A stretch of 64,000 bases of DNA from Alphaproteobacteria bacterium (lineage in GTDB: Bacteria > Pseudomonadota > Alphaproteobacteria > MPNO01): positions 224,001-288,000 of the forward strand of contig CBDFLJ010000002.1 of the NCBI GenBank assembly GCA_965248835.1, written 5' to 3'. The notes under the pieces are model-generated. The model ran no database searches. It was not told the origin of the DNA and saw only the letters and a program-made list of their open reading frames with translations. Of the stretch, positions 20,973-32,667 are shown one piece after another (the first letter of the stretch is position 1; each line of letters starts with the position of its first letter). The position numbers and the translations under genes were made by a program.

Positions 20973-23846
20973 CTATGCGATGCCCAGCGCCTCGTTGACC
21001 AGCGTTGTTTGTTCCCGCACGTGTTGGGCGTGGAGCCCGGTAGCGGTCGAGGCCGCCTCGGGCCGGCCGACGAAACGCGGCCGATCGGCGGCCGTCTCCT
21101 GCGTTGCCAGCAAGTCCTCGATCCGCCGGTCGATATAGGTCCAGGCGCCCATGTTGCGCGGCTCCTCCTGACACCAGACCACCTCGGCGTTGCGATAGCG
21201 TGCGAGCTCGGCGCCGAGCGAGATCTGCGGGAACGGATAGAGCTGCTCGATCCGGATCAGCGCGACGTCCCCGATGTCGTGCTGCTCGCGGGCGGCAAGC
21301 AGATCGTAGAAGACCTTGCCCGTACACAGCACCACGCGCCGGACATCAGCGTCTGCGACCGGCAGCCCGGGCTCGGGAAGGACCCGCCGGAACGACGTGC
21401 CCGGACCCATATCGTCCAGCCGCGAGACGCACCGGCGGTGCCGCAGCAGCGACTTCGGCGTCATGACGATCAGGGGCTTGCGGAAGCTGCGGTGGAGTTG
21501 GCGGCGCAGCACGTGGAAGTAGTTCGCAGGGCTGGTGATATTGCAGACCTGGATATTGTCCTCGCCGCAGAGCTGGAGATAGCGCTCCAGCCGGGCCGAG
21601 GAATGTTCCGGGCCCTGGCCCTCGTAGCCGTGCGGTAGCAGCATCACCAGGCCGGACATGCGCAGCCACTTGGTTTCACCCGAGGCGATGAACTGGTCGA
21701 TGATGAACTGCGCGCCGTTGGCGAAGTCGCCGAACTGGGCCTCCCACAGCACCAGCATGTTGGGATCGGCCAGCGTCATGCCGTATTCGAATCCCAGCAC
21801 CGAGGCTTCGGCGAGCGGGCTGTCGCGCGTCACGAACCGCCCCTGGTCCTCGCATATATGCGCCAGCGGGGTGTAGGTCGCCTCGGTCCGCTGGTCGATG
21901 AACACCGCGTGGCGCTGGGAGAACGTCCCGCGCCGGCAGTCCTGGCCGCTGAGCCGCACCATATGGCCCTCGATCAGGGCACTCCCGAAGGCCACCGCCT
22001 CGGCGGTCGCCCAGTCGACGCCCTCGCCGGTCTCGAAAATCGTCCGGCGGGCGTCGAGCAAGCGCTCGAGCTTGGGGTTGAGGTTGAAGTCCTGCGGCAC
22101 CGTGGTCAGGGCCCGGCCGATCTCCGCCAGGGTCTCCGGCGCCACGTCGGTCTTGCCGCGGCGCTCCTCGAGCGAGGGCGCGGTGGTGATCGACGCCCAT
22201 TCGCCTTCCAGCCAATCGGCCTTGTTGGGCTTGTAGGTCTTCGAGGCTTCGAAGGCGTCCTCCAGCTTCCGGCGGCATGACGCGGTCAGCGCATCGATCT
22301 GGTCGCGGGTCAGCGTGCCTTCCGCGACCAGGCGGTCGCCGTAGATCGCTGCGACGGTGGGGCGGGCGGCGATGGCCTCGTACATCAAAGGCTGGGTGAA
22401 GGCGGGATCGTCGGACTCGTTGTGGCCGAACCTGCGGTAGGTCCAGATGTCGAGGACGACGTCCTTGCGGAAAGTGTTGCGGAACTCGGTCGCGATGCGG
22501 GTGACGTGGATCACCGCTTCGACGTCGTCGCCGTTGACGTGGAAGATCGGCGCCTGGGCCGACTTGGCGATTTCCGTGGGATAGCGCGAGGCCCTGGTGG
22601 CGCTGGGCTTGGTGGTGAAGCCGATCTGGTTGTTGATCACGATATGGATGGTCCCGCCGGTCCGGTAGCCGGAGATGTCCGACAGGCCGAAGGTCTCCGC
22701 GACGATCCCCTGGCCGGCGAAGGCCGCATCACCGTGCATCAGGATACCGAGCACGCGCCGGCGTTCGCGGTCGCCGCGCTGGCGCTGCTTGGCGCGGACC
22801 TTGCCGACGACGACCGGGTCGACGGCCTCCAGATGGGACGGGTTGGCGGCGAGCGAGAGATGGACGTTGACGCCGTCGAAGTCGCGGTCGGCGGACGCGC
22901 CGAGGTGGTACTTCACGTCGCCCGAGCCGCCGACCTCCTCGGGCTTGTAGGACATGCCCTGGAACTCCGCGAAGATCGCCGCGTAGGGCTTGGACATCAC
23001 ATGGGCCAGCACGTTCAGACGGCCGCGGTGGGGCGTGCCGATAACCACCTCCTCGACGCCGAGCTGGCTGCCGCGCTTGAGGATTTGCTCGAGAGCCGGG
23101 ATCAGCGCCTCGCTGCCGTCGAGCCCGAAGCGCTTGGTGCCGGGATAGCGCACGTGCAGGAACCTCTCGAAGGCCTCGGCCTCGCACAGCCGCTCGAGGA
23201 TGGTCTGCTTGCCGCGCTGGGTGAAGTCGGTCTGGTTGCGGTCGCCTTCGATCCGGTCCTGGATCCAGATCTTCTCCTCCGCCGAGGTGATGTGCATGTA
23301 CTCCACGCCGACCGTGCCGCAATAGGTCTTGCGCAGCGCATCGACGATCTGGCGCAGGTTGGCCTGCTCGTAGCCCAGATTGTGGATGTGGATCGGGTGG
23401 TCCTGGTCGGTTTCGGTGAAGCCGTAGCTGGCCGGGTCGAGCTCGGTATGCGGCGCCGGCCGTTCGAGCCCGAGAGGGTCGAGATCGCAATGCAGATGCC
23501 CGCGCAACCGATGCGAGCGGATCAGCATCAGCGCCCGGATCGAATCGCGCGTTGCCCGGCGAATGTCCTCGGCACCGGCGGTGCCGTCGACCTGCGGTGC
23601 CGGCTCTTCCCGTTCTGCGGCCTCGTCTGCCTCGCCGTTGGCAATGACCCGGGCTGCGCGCGGCGACCAGCTCGCCCCTTCGAGCGCCTTCAGGACGCCC
23701 GGCGCCTCTTCGCGCAAATCCCGGAAGAACGCAGCCCAGTCGGCATCGACCGCGGACGGGTCGGCAACAAACCGGCCGTAGAGCTCCTCGATGAACGGTC
23801 CGTTCGCGCTTCCCAGAAAGGTCGCCGCGTCCTGCGCTGTCGTCAT
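20973..23846 (-). CDS. sucA: 2-oxoglutarate dehydrogenase E1
   Basis: [50 protein letters not shown]. Confidence 0.98.
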   Translation of the reverse strand: MTTAQDAATFLGSANGPFIEELYGRFVADPSAVDADWAAFFRDLREEAPGVLKALEGASWSPRAARVIANGEADEAAEREEPAPQVDGTAGAEDIRRATRDSIRALMLIRSHRLRGHLHCDLDPLGLERPAPHTELDPASYGFTETDQDHPIHIHNLGYEQANLRQIVDALRKTYCGTVGVEYMHITSAEEKIWIQDRIEGDRNQTDFTQRGKQTILERLCEAEAFERFLHVRYPGTKRFGLDGSEALIPALEQILKRGSQLGVEEVVIGTPHRGRLNVLAHVMSKPYAAIFAEFQGMSYKPEEVGGSGDVKYHLGASADRDFDGVNVHLSLAANPSHLEAVDPVVVGKVRAKQRQRGDRERRRVLGILMHGDAAFAGQGIVAETFGLSDISGYRTGGTIHIVINNQIGFTTKPSATRASRYPTEIAKSAQAPIFHVNGDDVEAVIHVTRIATEFRNTFRKDVVLDIWTYRRFGHNESDDPAFTQPLMYEAIAARPTVAAIYGDRLVAEGTLTRDQIDALTASCRRKLEDAFEASKTYKPNKADWLEGEWASITTAPSLEERRGKTDVAPETLAEIGRALTTVPQDFNLNPKLERLLDARRTIFETGEGVDWATAEAVAFGSALIEGHMVRLSGQDCRRGTFSQRHAVFIDQRTEATYTPLAHICEDQGRFVTRDSPLAEASVLGFEYGMTLADPNMLVLWEAQFGDFANGAQFIIDQFIASGETKWLRMSGLVMLLPHGYEGQGPEHSSARLERYLQLCGEDNIQVCNITSPANYFHVLRRQLHRSFRKPLIVMTPKSLLRHRRCVSRLDDMGPGTSFRRVLPEPGLPVADADVRRVVLCTGKVFYDLLAAREQHDIGDVALIRIEQLYPFPQISLGAELARYRNAEVVWCQEEPRNMGAWTYIDRRIEDLLATQETAADRPRFVGRPEAASTATGLHAQHVREQTTLVNEALGIA

Positions 23847-23936
23847 GGCTCAACCCTCAACGTCATGCCGGCACCTGGTCCCGACCCCGTTATACCGCCC
23901 GCCGGTCGACCGGTCCGCGAGGCCGCCGGATCCGCG

Positions 23937-24812
23937 CTAGGCGCGCATGGCCTCGGCCATGGTCTCACCGATCGCGGCCGGGGACGTCGTCACCTTGATT
24001 CCGGCCGATTCCAGCGCCTCGATCTTGTCGCCCGCGCGCCCTTTGCCGCCGGAGATGATCGCCCCGGCGTGACCCATGCGCCGCCCGGGCGGGGCGGTGA
24101 GGCCGGCGATGAACCCCACCACCGGCTTGCTGGTCTTGGATTGCTTGACGAAATCGGCGGCATCCTCTTCCGCGCCGCCGCCGATCTCGCCGATCATGAT
24201 GATGCCTTCGGTCCGGGGATCGGCGTGGAATTCTTCCAGACAATCGACGAAGCTTGTTCCGTTGACCGGATCGCCGCCGATGCCCACGCAGGTCGATTGG
24301 CCGAGTCCGGCCGCGGTGGTCTGGGCAACGGCCTCATAGGTCAACGTGCCCGACCGCGAGATGATCCCGATTCGGCCGCGGCTGTGGATATGGCCCGGCA
24401 TGATGCCGATCTTGCACTCATCGGGCGTGATTACGCCGGGGCAGTTGGGCCCGATGAGCCGCGAGCCGGAGTTCTCCAACGCGCGCTTGACGACCACCAT
24501 GTCGATCACCGGAATGCCCTCGGTGATGCAGACGATCAGGGGCACTTCGGCGCCGATTGCCTCCAGGATCGCATCGGCGGCGAACGGCGGCGGCACGTAG
24601 ATGACCGAGGCGTTCGCGCCGGTCGCCTCCACCGCCGCGGCGACCGTGTCGAAGACCGGCAGGTCGAGATGCCTGGTCCCGCCCTTGCCCGGGGTGACGC
24701 CGCCCACCATCGCGGTGCCGTAGGCGATCGCCTGCTCGGAATGGAACGTGCCCTGGGCGCCGGTGAAACCCTGGCAGATGACCTTCGTATCGGAGTCGAC
24801 GAAGATCGCCAT
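23937..24812 (-). CDS. sucD: Succinyl-CoA synthetase alpha subunit
   Basis: [26 protein letters not shown] overlap with sucC. Confidence 0.98.
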   Translation of the reverse strand: MAIFVDSDTKVICQGFTGAQGTFHSEQAIAYGTAMVGGVTPGKGGTRHLDLPVFDTVAAAVEATGANASVIYVPPPFAADAILEAIGAEVPLIVCITEGIPVIDMVVVKRALENSGSRLIGPNCPGVITPDECKIGIMPGHIHSRGRIGIISRSGTLTYEAVAQTTAAGLGQSTCVGIGGDPVNGTSFVDCLEEFHADPRTEGIIMIGEIGGGAEEDAADFVKQSKTSKPVVGFIAGLTAPPGRRMGHAGAIISGGKGRAGDKIEALESAGIKVTTSPAAIGETMAEAMRA

Positions 24813-25981
24813 CACGCCACCTCCTCGACGGCGTGGACCACACGCTCCGCAGCCTGGGCCAACGTATCGGCGGAGACGATCGGAAGGCCGGAGTCGGCCA
24901 GCAGCTTCTTGCCCAGCTCGACATTGGTGCCCGCCAGCCTGACCACCAGCGGCACGTTGAGGCTCACCTCGCGCGCGGCAACGACGACGCCCTCGGCGAT
25001 CACATCACAGCGCACGATCCCGCCGAAGATGTTGACCAGGATGCCCTCGACATTGGGATCGGACAGGATCAGCTTGAATGCGGCGATGATCCTGTCGCGC
25101 GAGGCGCCGCCGCCGACATCAAGGAAGTTGGCCGGTTCGCCGCCATAGAGCTTGATGATGTCCATCGTCGCCATCGCAAGCCCGGCGCCGTTGACCATGC
25201 AGCCGATATTGCCGTCGAGCTTGACGTAGTTGAGATCGTGCTGGAGCGCTTCGCGCTCCATCGGGTCCTCTTCGTCCTCGTCGCGCAGCTCAACAATGTC
25301 GGCGTGGCGGAACAGCCCGTTGTCGTCGAAGGACATCTTCGCATCCAGGGCCATCACTTCGCCGGCTCCGGTCACGATCAGAGGGTTGACCTCCACGACC
25401 GAGGCGTCGAGTTCGACAAAGGCGGTGTACATGCCGGTGATGAACTTCACCGCTGCGGCGACCTGCTTGCCCTCCATTGCCAGCCCGTAGGCGAGCTGAC
25501 GGGCGTGGAAGGGCTGGATCCCGGTGGCCGGATCGATCCGCACGGTGAGGATCTTCTCGGGCGCGGCGGCGGCGACCTGCTCGATCTCCATGCCGCCTTC
25601 GGTCGAGCCTATCAGGGTCACGCGGCCGCTGTCGCGGTCGACCAGCAGGCCGAGATAGAGCTCGCGCGCGATGTCGCAGCCCTCCTCGACATAGACCCGT
25701 TTGACTTGGCGCCCGGCCGGCCCGGTCTGGTGGGTGACGAGCGTCGCGCCGATCAGCGCGTCCGCGGCCGCGCGGACCTCGTCGATGGAGCGGGCGAGCC
25801 GCACGCCGCCGGCTTTGCCGCGGCCGCCGGCATGGATCTGGGCCTTGACCACCCAGAGGCCGCCGCCCAGCGCGTCCGCCGCCTTGGCCGCCTCCTCGGG
25901 CGTATAGGCGATGCCGCCGCGCGGCACTGCCACGCCGTAGCGCGCCAGGAGTTGCTTGGCCTGATATTCGTGGATGTTCAT
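24812..25981 (-). CDS. sucC: Succinyl-CoA synthetase beta subunit
   Basis: [38 protein letters not shown]. Confidence 0.98.
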   Translation of the reverse strand: MNIHEYQAKQLLARYGVAVPRGGIAYTPEEAAKAADALGGGLWVVKAQIHAGGRGKAGGVRLARSIDEVRAAADALIGATLVTHQTGPAGRQVKRVYVEEGCDIARELYLGLLVDRDSGRVTLIGSTEGGMEIEQVAAAAPEKILTVRIDPATGIQPFHARQLAYGLAMEGKQVAAAVKFITGMYTAFVELDASVVEVNPLIVTGAGEVMALDAKMSFDDNGLFRHADIVELRDEDEEDPMEREALQHDLNYVKLDGNIGCMVNGAGLAMATMDIIKLYGGEPANFLDVGGGASRDRIIAAFKLILSDPNVEGILVNIFGGIVRCDVIAEGVVVAAREVSLNVPLVVRLAGTNVELGKKLLADSGLPIVSADTLAQAAERVVHAVEEVA

Positions 25982-26008
25982 GGAGATGCCGTCCGGATGC
26001 TGCCGAGC

Positions 26009-27064
<1,056 letters not shown>

Positions 27065-27071
27065 TCAGCAC

Positions 27072-27285
27072 AAGCCCGTGTCCTGGTTCAAGAGATATGA
27101 GACGGCGGTATGAAGGCGGCGGTTACATCGGAACACGAATTCGTCGAGATAGCGGCGCAGGCCGTGGAAGGTGCCGAGCGCCCAGCGTTCGAGGTTGGAG
27201 AACACGCGGTGGACCCACCTCAGCACCATGTGGGCGGCCTTGGCGCCGATGACCTTCGGATCGTGGTCGTGGTCGGGCAGCCGCT
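27072..27285 (-). pseudogene. IS1595-family transposase C-terminal fragment
   Basis: AAHMVLRWVHRVFSNL.RW.LGTFHG...YLDEFVFR.NRR. Boundaries approximate. Confidence 0.75.
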
Positions 27286-27289
27286 CGTG

Positions 27290-27455
27290 CAAGCCATCGC
27301 CGATCTCGAAACCACCGGCGTGTTCAGCGCCCGCGGCGGGTCGGCGTGCTTGCTCCGCCGCGATGAACTGCCGACGGATTGGGACCCTGCGGCCGACAAG
27401 CGGCTGACGGTCTGGGAATGCGCGCAACACTTAGCGCGAGTCCTAGAGTCGGCGA
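27290..27455 (+). pseudogene. Fragment resembling the C-terminus of DUF1156-type DNA methyltransferases
   Basis: LL.RDELPTDWDPAADKRLTVWECAQHLARVLE, recognised from memory of DUF1156 proteins. Confidence 0.55.
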
Positions 27456-27458
27456 CCG

Positions 27459-27768
27459 GCAGCATCGTGGAGCGCTTCCACAAGACGGTGCTCAACGAGT
27501 TCTACCGGGTGGCGTTCCGAAAGAAGATCTACGGCTCAATCGACGAACTGCAGCGGGACCTGGATGCCTGGATGCAGGAATACAACCAAGTCCGATCGCA
27601 TCAGGGCCGGTGGTGCTACGGCAAAACGCCGATGACCACCTTCCTTGACACCGGCCATGTGGCGCGGGAAAAACTCCTGCCCGCGGCGTGACGATCCACA
27701 GCTGCCACTTGTCTCCCACCCGCCATGCCGATATGGCAGCGCTGATAGATAGAGTCTTGGTTTTTACA
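27459..27768 (+). pseudogene. IS481-family transposase C-terminal fragment with right end
   Basis: ERFHKTVLNEFYRVAFRKKIY..IDELQ.DLD.W..EYN..R.HQGRWCYGKTP (stop at 27691), then the end-like TGATAGATAGAGTCTTGGTTTTTACA (27743-27768). Confidence 0.8.
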
Positions 27769-27836
27769 ATTTAGCTGATGTTTCATCGCGGCAATCGGCA
27801 GGCCGGATTGGCCGTCGAGTTAGGGAGGAACGGATC

Positions 27837-28868
27837 ATGGATACGCTAAAAGTGTTTGGCTTTGTTGCCGCCACGACGGTTGTCGGTGCCAGCGCTCTGT
27901 TCACCGCGCCCCGGGCTAGCGCCCAGGAGGTGACGATGCGCCTGCACACGTTCGTGCCGCCGGTATCGCGTTCTTTCAAGAACCTCACCTGGTGGGCCGA
28001 GCAGGTGGAAAAGAAATCGGGGAACCGGATCAAGATAAAGCTGTTTCCGTCCCGCCAGCTGGGTGGCAAGCCGTCCGAACTCTACGACCAGGCGCGCCGG
28101 GGCTTCGTTGACATCATCTATTCGCTGCCGGGCTACTCACCGGGCCGCTTCCCACGTTCCGAGGTGATCGAGTTGCCCTTCATGGGCGGCAAGTCGCCCA
28201 GGATCATGTCGCCAGCGATTGCTTCGATGTACAATCCCTGGCTGAAGGACGACTACAAGGACACCCACCCCATCCTCATCTTCTCCGCAGGCTCCATGGC
28301 GCTGTTTTCCCATAAACCCCTGAAAAAACTCGACGATTTGAAGGGGCTCAAGGTTCGGGTTTCCGGGCGGCTCCTCGGCGGGGCCTTCAGTGCCATCGGC
28401 GCGACGCCCGTCGGCATCCCCGGCATCAAGATGGCGGAAGCCTTCCAGCGCAACGTGATCGACGCGGTGCTTACCGCCTGGACCATCTCCCTGCCCACCA
28501 AGATCGTCCGTATGGCCGAGCATTTCGCCTTACCGGGATTGAGCAATCCCGTCCTGATGTTGGTCATGAACGAGAAAAGCTACGCCCGTCTGCCCAGTGA
28601 TCTGAAAGAGGTCGTCGATTCGACCAGTGGCATGCCGCTGGCCAAGGAGTTCGGAGTGCGCTGGGAGAAGGACGACCTGCCGGGACTGGGCGTCGCCAAG
28701 AAGTCGGGCAAGCCTTTTCGCGCGTTCACCGCCGACGAGCAGCAGCGCTGGGCGACGGCCGCCCGCTCGGTGACCACGGGCTGGATCGCTGACATGAAGA
28801 AAAAGGACATCGATGGAGAAGGGCTAATCAAGGCCGCCCGCGCGGCGATCGCCAAGTACGACAATTAG
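27837..28868 (+). CDS. TRAP transporter substrate-binding protein (DctP family)
   Basis: Signal peptide; FPSRQLGG, PGYSPGRFP, DLKGLKVR, LVMN.K.Y..LP. Confidence 0.92.
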   Translation: MDTLKVFGFVAATTVVGASALFTAPRASAQEVTMRLHTFVPPVSRSFKNLTWWAEQVEKKSGNRIKIKLFPSRQLGGKPSELYDQARRGFVDIIYSLPGYSPGRFPRSEVIELPFMGGKSPRIMSPAIASMYNPWLKDDYKDTHPILIFSAGSMALFSHKPLKKLDDLKGLKVRVSGRLLGGAFSAIGATPVGIPGIKMAEAFQRNVIDAVLTAWTISLPTKIVRMAEHFALPGLSNPVLMLVMNEKSYARLPSDLKEVVDSTSGMPLAKEFGVRWEKDDLPGLGVAKKSGKPFRAFTADEQQRWATAARSVTTGWIADMKKKDIDGEGLIKAARAAIAKYDN

Positions 28869-28879
28869 ACTCCGGGAAT

Positions 28880-28918
28880 GGTGGCGGCGGGGCCTGGAAG
28901 GCCTCGCCGCCACCTTTT
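28880..28918 (+). terminator. Intra-operonic GC hairpin with T-run after dctP-1
   Basis: GGTGGCGGCGGGGCC / GGCCTCGCCGCCACC stem followed by TTTT. Confidence 0.65.
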
Positions 28919-28935
28919 CAATCCCCCATACCGCA

Positions 28936-29439
28936 ATGACCGAGCGTACGCCTCCTAAAAAGTCCGCCGGGCGCCGTTTCAACGTGGATTGGCTGCTCCG
29001 CAACGTGGCGCTCGCGGGCGGGTTCGCCGTGGCCGCCGTCTCCGGCATCACCGTAATCAGCGTCATCGGCCGCTACGCCTTCTCCATGCCGATCTTGGGC
29101 GATTACGAGATCGTCGAATATGGGATGTCCTTCGCCGCGTTTGCCTTCCTCGCCTTCACCCACAACACCGACGGCCACCTGGTCGCCGAATTCTTCTCGT
29201 CCCGTATGTCGAAGCGGACCACGCACGTCATCGATTCGATCCAGAACCTGATTCTCTTCACCATATTGGCAGTGCTCATCTGGCGGGTGGTCGTCGGCGG
29301 CTTCGACAAGTTCGAGACCAGCGACGAATCCATGTTCCTCGAGATGAAGGTATGGTGGCTGCATGTCGTGGGCACGTTGGGACTCGTGATGTTCGCCTGG
29401 GTCGCCTTTCGCAAAATCTTCCGGGGGTTGGAAGATTGA
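28936..29439 (+). CDS. TRAP small permease (DctQ)
   Basis: Four hydrophobic segments; V.GRY, G.YEIV, GH. Confidence 0.9.
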   Translation: MTERTPPKKSAGRRFNVDWLLRNVALAGGFAVAAVSGITVISVIGRYAFSMPILGDYEIVEYGMSFAAFAFLAFTHNTDGHLVAEFFSSRMSKRTTHVIDSIQNLILFTILAVLIWRVVVGGFDKFETSDESMFLEMKVWWLHVVGTLGLVMFAWVAFRKIFRGLED

Positions 29440-30749
29440 CCGGACCGGCGCTCGCCGGCGTGATGTTCGCCGTGCTCCTGGTGTTCATCGGGCTCAGGAT
29501 GCCCATTGCCATCGCGCTGTTCACGGTGGGCGCCATCGGCATGTCCTACCTGACCAGCTTCGAGCAGCTCTTGATATGGCTGGAGGCTGCGCCGGTGGGG
29601 CGCACGGCGAGTTATTCCCTTTCCGTGATCCCAATCTTTCTCCTGATGGGGCATCTCGCGGTGCATTGCGGGTTGAGCTCGGTGCTCTACAAATCGGCCC
29701 GCGCCTGGTTCGGCCACCGGCCCGGAGGCATCGCGGTTGCGACCATCGGCGGCTGCGCCGTCTTCGGGGCGATCTGCGGCTCGTCCATCGCCACTGGCGC
29801 CACCATGGCGACCGTGTCCCTGCCCGAAATGCGCAAACTGGGCTATTCGGGGGCTTTGAGTACGGGTTGTCTGGCGGCCGGCGGCACGCTGGGGATCCTT
29901 ATTCCCCCCTCCATCATCCTGGTCATCTACGCCATCATCGCCGAGCAGTCCATCGGCGACCTGTTCCTGGCCGCCGTTATTCCCGGCATCATCGCCACCA
30001 TCTATTACGTCATCGCCGTCATGATCTATGTCCGCGTCAAGCCCGGCGCGGGGCCGGCGGCGGAGCGCGTCGGCTGGCGGGACCGCTTCGAAAGCCTCAA
30101 ATTTGTTTGGCCCGTCCTGTTTATCTTGTTCATCGTCATCGGCGGCATTTACAAGGGCGTCTTCACGCCCACGGAGGGGGCGGCGGCGGGCGCCGCCTGC
30201 ACCGGAATCATTGCCTTGTTCCGACGCATGACCTGGGCCGCCTTCAAGGAAGCGCTGATCGATACCGCCAAGATTACGGGCATGATCTATCTGATCCTCA
30301 TCGGTGCCGAGATCTACGGCTCATTCATGGCCTTGTCCGAACTGCCGCTCACCATCGCCGGCATGATCACCAGCGCGGACCTTTCGCCCTTCGCCATCAT
30401 CACCGTCATATTGATCATCTATATCTTCCTCGGCGCGCTTATGGACGGCCTCGCGATGATCCTGATCACGGTGCCGGTCTTCCTGCCCATCTTCCTCGGC
30501 CTCGACATCCCTATGTCCGAGGAGGCCAAGGCCATCTGGTTCGGCATCATGGTGCTTTCCGTGGTGGAGACCGGGCTGATCACGCCGCCCGTGGGGCTCA
30601 ACGTCTATGTGATCAACTCCATGGCTCCCGGCGTGCCCTTGTCCCAGACATTCGCCGGCGTCATGCCCTTCGTTATCAGCGATTTCTTCCGCTTGGCGAC
30701 CATCGTCGGTTTTCCGGCGGTGGTGCTGTGGGCGCCGGGCCTTCTGTAA
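29436..30749 (+). CDS. TRAP large permease (DctM)
   Basis: TTG start overlapping the dctQ stop; GAICGSS.AT, GGTLGILIPPS, FTPTE, LITPPVG.N. Confidence 0.92.
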   Translation: MTGPALAGVMFAVLLVFIGLRMPIAIALFTVGAIGMSYLTSFEQLLIWLEAAPVGRTASYSLSVIPIFLLMGHLAVHCGLSSVLYKSARAWFGHRPGGIAVATIGGCAVFGAICGSSIATGATMATVSLPEMRKLGYSGALSTGCLAAGGTLGILIPPSIILVIYAIIAEQSIGDLFLAAVIPGIIATIYYVIAVMIYVRVKPGAGPAAERVGWRDRFESLKFVWPVLFILFIVIGGIYKGVFTPTEGAAAGAACTGIIALFRRMTWAAFKEALIDTAKITGMIYLILIGAEIYGSFMALSELPLTIAGMITSADLSPFAIITVILIIYIFLGALMDGLAMILITVPVFLPIFLGLDIPMSEEAKAIWFGIMVLSVVETGLITPPVGLNVYVINSMAPGVPLSQTFAGVMPFVISDFFRLATIVGFPAVVLWAPGLL

Positions 30750-30764
30750 CGCGGGCTCACCGCC

Positions 30765-31017
30765 TCATAGGTGCTGACGGGGAACATGCTCCTTGATCAT
30801 GTTCTCCATCCGACCGCGGGCGCACAGTTCCTTGTTCTCGACGGGTGACAGTCCGGGGAGATAGGCGATAGTCTCGTCCATGGTGAGCCGGATTTTCCTG
30901 TTGCCGAATGATCGTGGCCAGACACCAAAATCATGCGGAATCACAACAGCTTAATCCACGCTCACCACCTCTTTCACGCCGAGCGGTGAATTCACGCCGA
31001 GCGGTGAATAATTCGGT
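30765..31017 (-). pseudogene. Internally deleted IS1380-family remnant with left end
   Basis: ATG 30881: MDETIAYLPGLSPVENKELCAR joined to GRMENMIKEH (N-terminus plus late catalytic motif). End-like ACCGAATTATTCAC on the minus strand near 31017. Confidence 0.7.
30973..31008. repeat. Perfect 18-bp tandem duplication (TTCACGCCGAGCGGTGAA x2)
   Basis: Directly visible at 30973-30990 and 30991-31008. Confidence 0.95.
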
Positions 31018-31068
31018 CTAACATGCTCTCGAAACGCCGATCAATCGGCAAAAACCGGAGGAAACCTC

Positions 31069-32091
31069 ATGAATTACCGCACCGCATGCGCACCAACGAG
31101 GTGGGGCGCCTTGATCCTGGCAGTCGGCGCATTGGGCATTTTGTCGCCGGTGGCGTCCGCGACGCAACTCAAGCTTGGCCACTTCCTCCCACCGCGCCAC
31201 ACCAATCACACCAAGGTCATGCAGCCCTGGGCCAATGAAGTGGCGAAACGCAGCGGCGGCGATCTCACCATCCAGATCTATCCCGCGCGGCAACTCGGCG
31301 GCACGCCGGCGGGCCAGTACAACCAAGCGCTTCGCGGCATCGCCGACATCTCCTTCATGGTTCCCGGTTACACACCGACGGTTTTCCCGGGCACGGGGAT
31401 CGTCGAACTCCCCTTCCTTACCAAGGACGCACAGCACGCCACCCGCATTCTGTGGACCGTCTTCCCAAAATATCTCGCCAAGGAATTCAAGGAGGTGAAG
31501 GTCATCACCTTCTGGACGGTCGACAACTTCGTGATCAACTCACGCAAGCCGATCCGCAAGCTGGAAGACCTCAAGGGTCTCAAGATCCGTTCGCCGTCAT
31601 CGACGGTCAGCGACATCGCCAAAATCTGGGGCGCGGTGCCTGTCAACATGCCGATCACCAAGGTCTATACCAGCCTCGAGCGCGGCGTCATTAACGGCTT
31701 TTTCGCGGGACCGTCGGCCATGTTCTCGTTCAAGCTGGGCGAGGTCGTCAAATTCTATACGACCGGCGTGGGCGGATCGAACCTTCCGCTGTTCATCGTG
31801 ATGAACAAGAAATCGTGGAACGCGCTGTCCGACGCCCACAAGAAGATTATCGAGGAAACCTCGGGCTTGCCGCTCGGGCTCCAGGGTGCGGCGGCTTACG
31901 ATGCCCGCTACAAGAAGGCGATTGCCACGGCGAAAAAGCGATCCGGAGTGGAGGTCATCAATCTTTCCGATGCCGCACAGGCGAAATTCCGTGCGGCCGC
32001 GGCACCGATGATCGAGAACTGGATCGCCGCGCGTGAGAAGCAAGGCATCCAGGCCCGCGCCATGTACGAGCTGGCGAAGACCGTCAAGTAG
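31069..32091 (+). CDS. TRAP transporter substrate-binding protein (DctP family), second system
   Basis: Signal peptide; YPARQLGG, PGYTP..FP, DLKGLKIR, MNKKSW.AL. Confidence 0.92.
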   Translation: MNYRTACAPTRWGALILAVGALGILSPVASATQLKLGHFLPPRHTNHTKVMQPWANEVAKRSGGDLTIQIYPARQLGGTPAGQYNQALRGIADISFMVPGYTPTVFPGTGIVELPFLTKDAQHATRILWTVFPKYLAKEFKEVKVITFWTVDNFVINSRKPIRKLEDLKGLKIRSPSSTVSDIAKIWGAVPVNMPITKVYTSLERGVINGFFAGPSAMFSFKLGEVVKFYTTGVGGSNLPLFIVMNKKSWNALSDAHKKIIEETSGLPLGLQGAAAYDARYKKAIATAKKRSGVEVINLSDAAQAKFRAAAAPMIENWIAAREKQGIQARAMYELAKTVK

Positions 32092-32097
32092 GACCAC

Positions 32098-32140
32098 GGC
32101 GGAGGTGTGGCGCGATGAACCCTCGCGGCGCACCTCCGCC
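32098..32140 (+). terminator. Hairpin after dctP-2 (mRNA stabiliser or terminator-like)
   Basis: GGCGGAGGTGTG...CGCACCTCCGCC inverted repeat; no strong T-run. Confidence 0.5.
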
Positions 32141-32184
32141 GATCATGGGTGTGCTTTAGACACCTGATGAATGGCGGGCCACGC

Positions 32185-32667
32185 GTGAATCGTCTCGAGA
32201 GCTTGATAGAACGGACCGTGCGCGGTCTGGCCATCGTCGCCGGCTTCGCCATCGTCGCGATGATGCTGCTGACCTGCGCGGACGTCTTTCTGCGCTACTT
32301 CCTCAACGCCCCGATCGAAGGCACCTTCGACATTACCCAGATGCTTATGGTCGTCATCGTCTTTTTCGCGCTGGGCTATTGCGGCTGGACTGGCGGACAC
32401 GTCGTCGTCGACCTGCTGCGCGACGTGTTTTCGCGAAGGCTGCTGATTATTCTCTCCGTCCTGGTGAACGCCATCGGCGCCGCGGTGATGCTCGCCATCG
32501 TGTGGCAGGCGACATTGACCGCGCTCGACTTCATACGCACCGGCGAGACGCCGATGACGGTGCTAATCCCCAAATATCCTTTCATTATCGTGACGAGTTT
32601 CGGGGCACTGGTCTACGCGGTGGTGCTGCTGTTCAAGACACGCTGGCCCGACGAGCGGGTAGAATAG
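32185..32667 (+). CDS. TRAP small permease (DctQ), second system
   Basis: ADVFLRYFLNAPI.G, GGHV.VD. Start uncertain. Confidence 0.88.
   Translation: MNRLESLIERTVRGLAIVAGFAIVAMMLLTCADVFLRYFLNAPIEGTFDITQMLMVVIVFFALGYCGWTGGHVVVDLLRDVFSRRLLIILSVLVNAIGAAVMLAIVWQATLTALDFIRTGETPMTVLIPKYPFIIVTSFGALVYAVVLLFKTRWPDERVE

Noticed and set aside
30973-31008. CRISPR-like repeat
   Set aside because: Two adjacent copies with no spacer and no cas genes.
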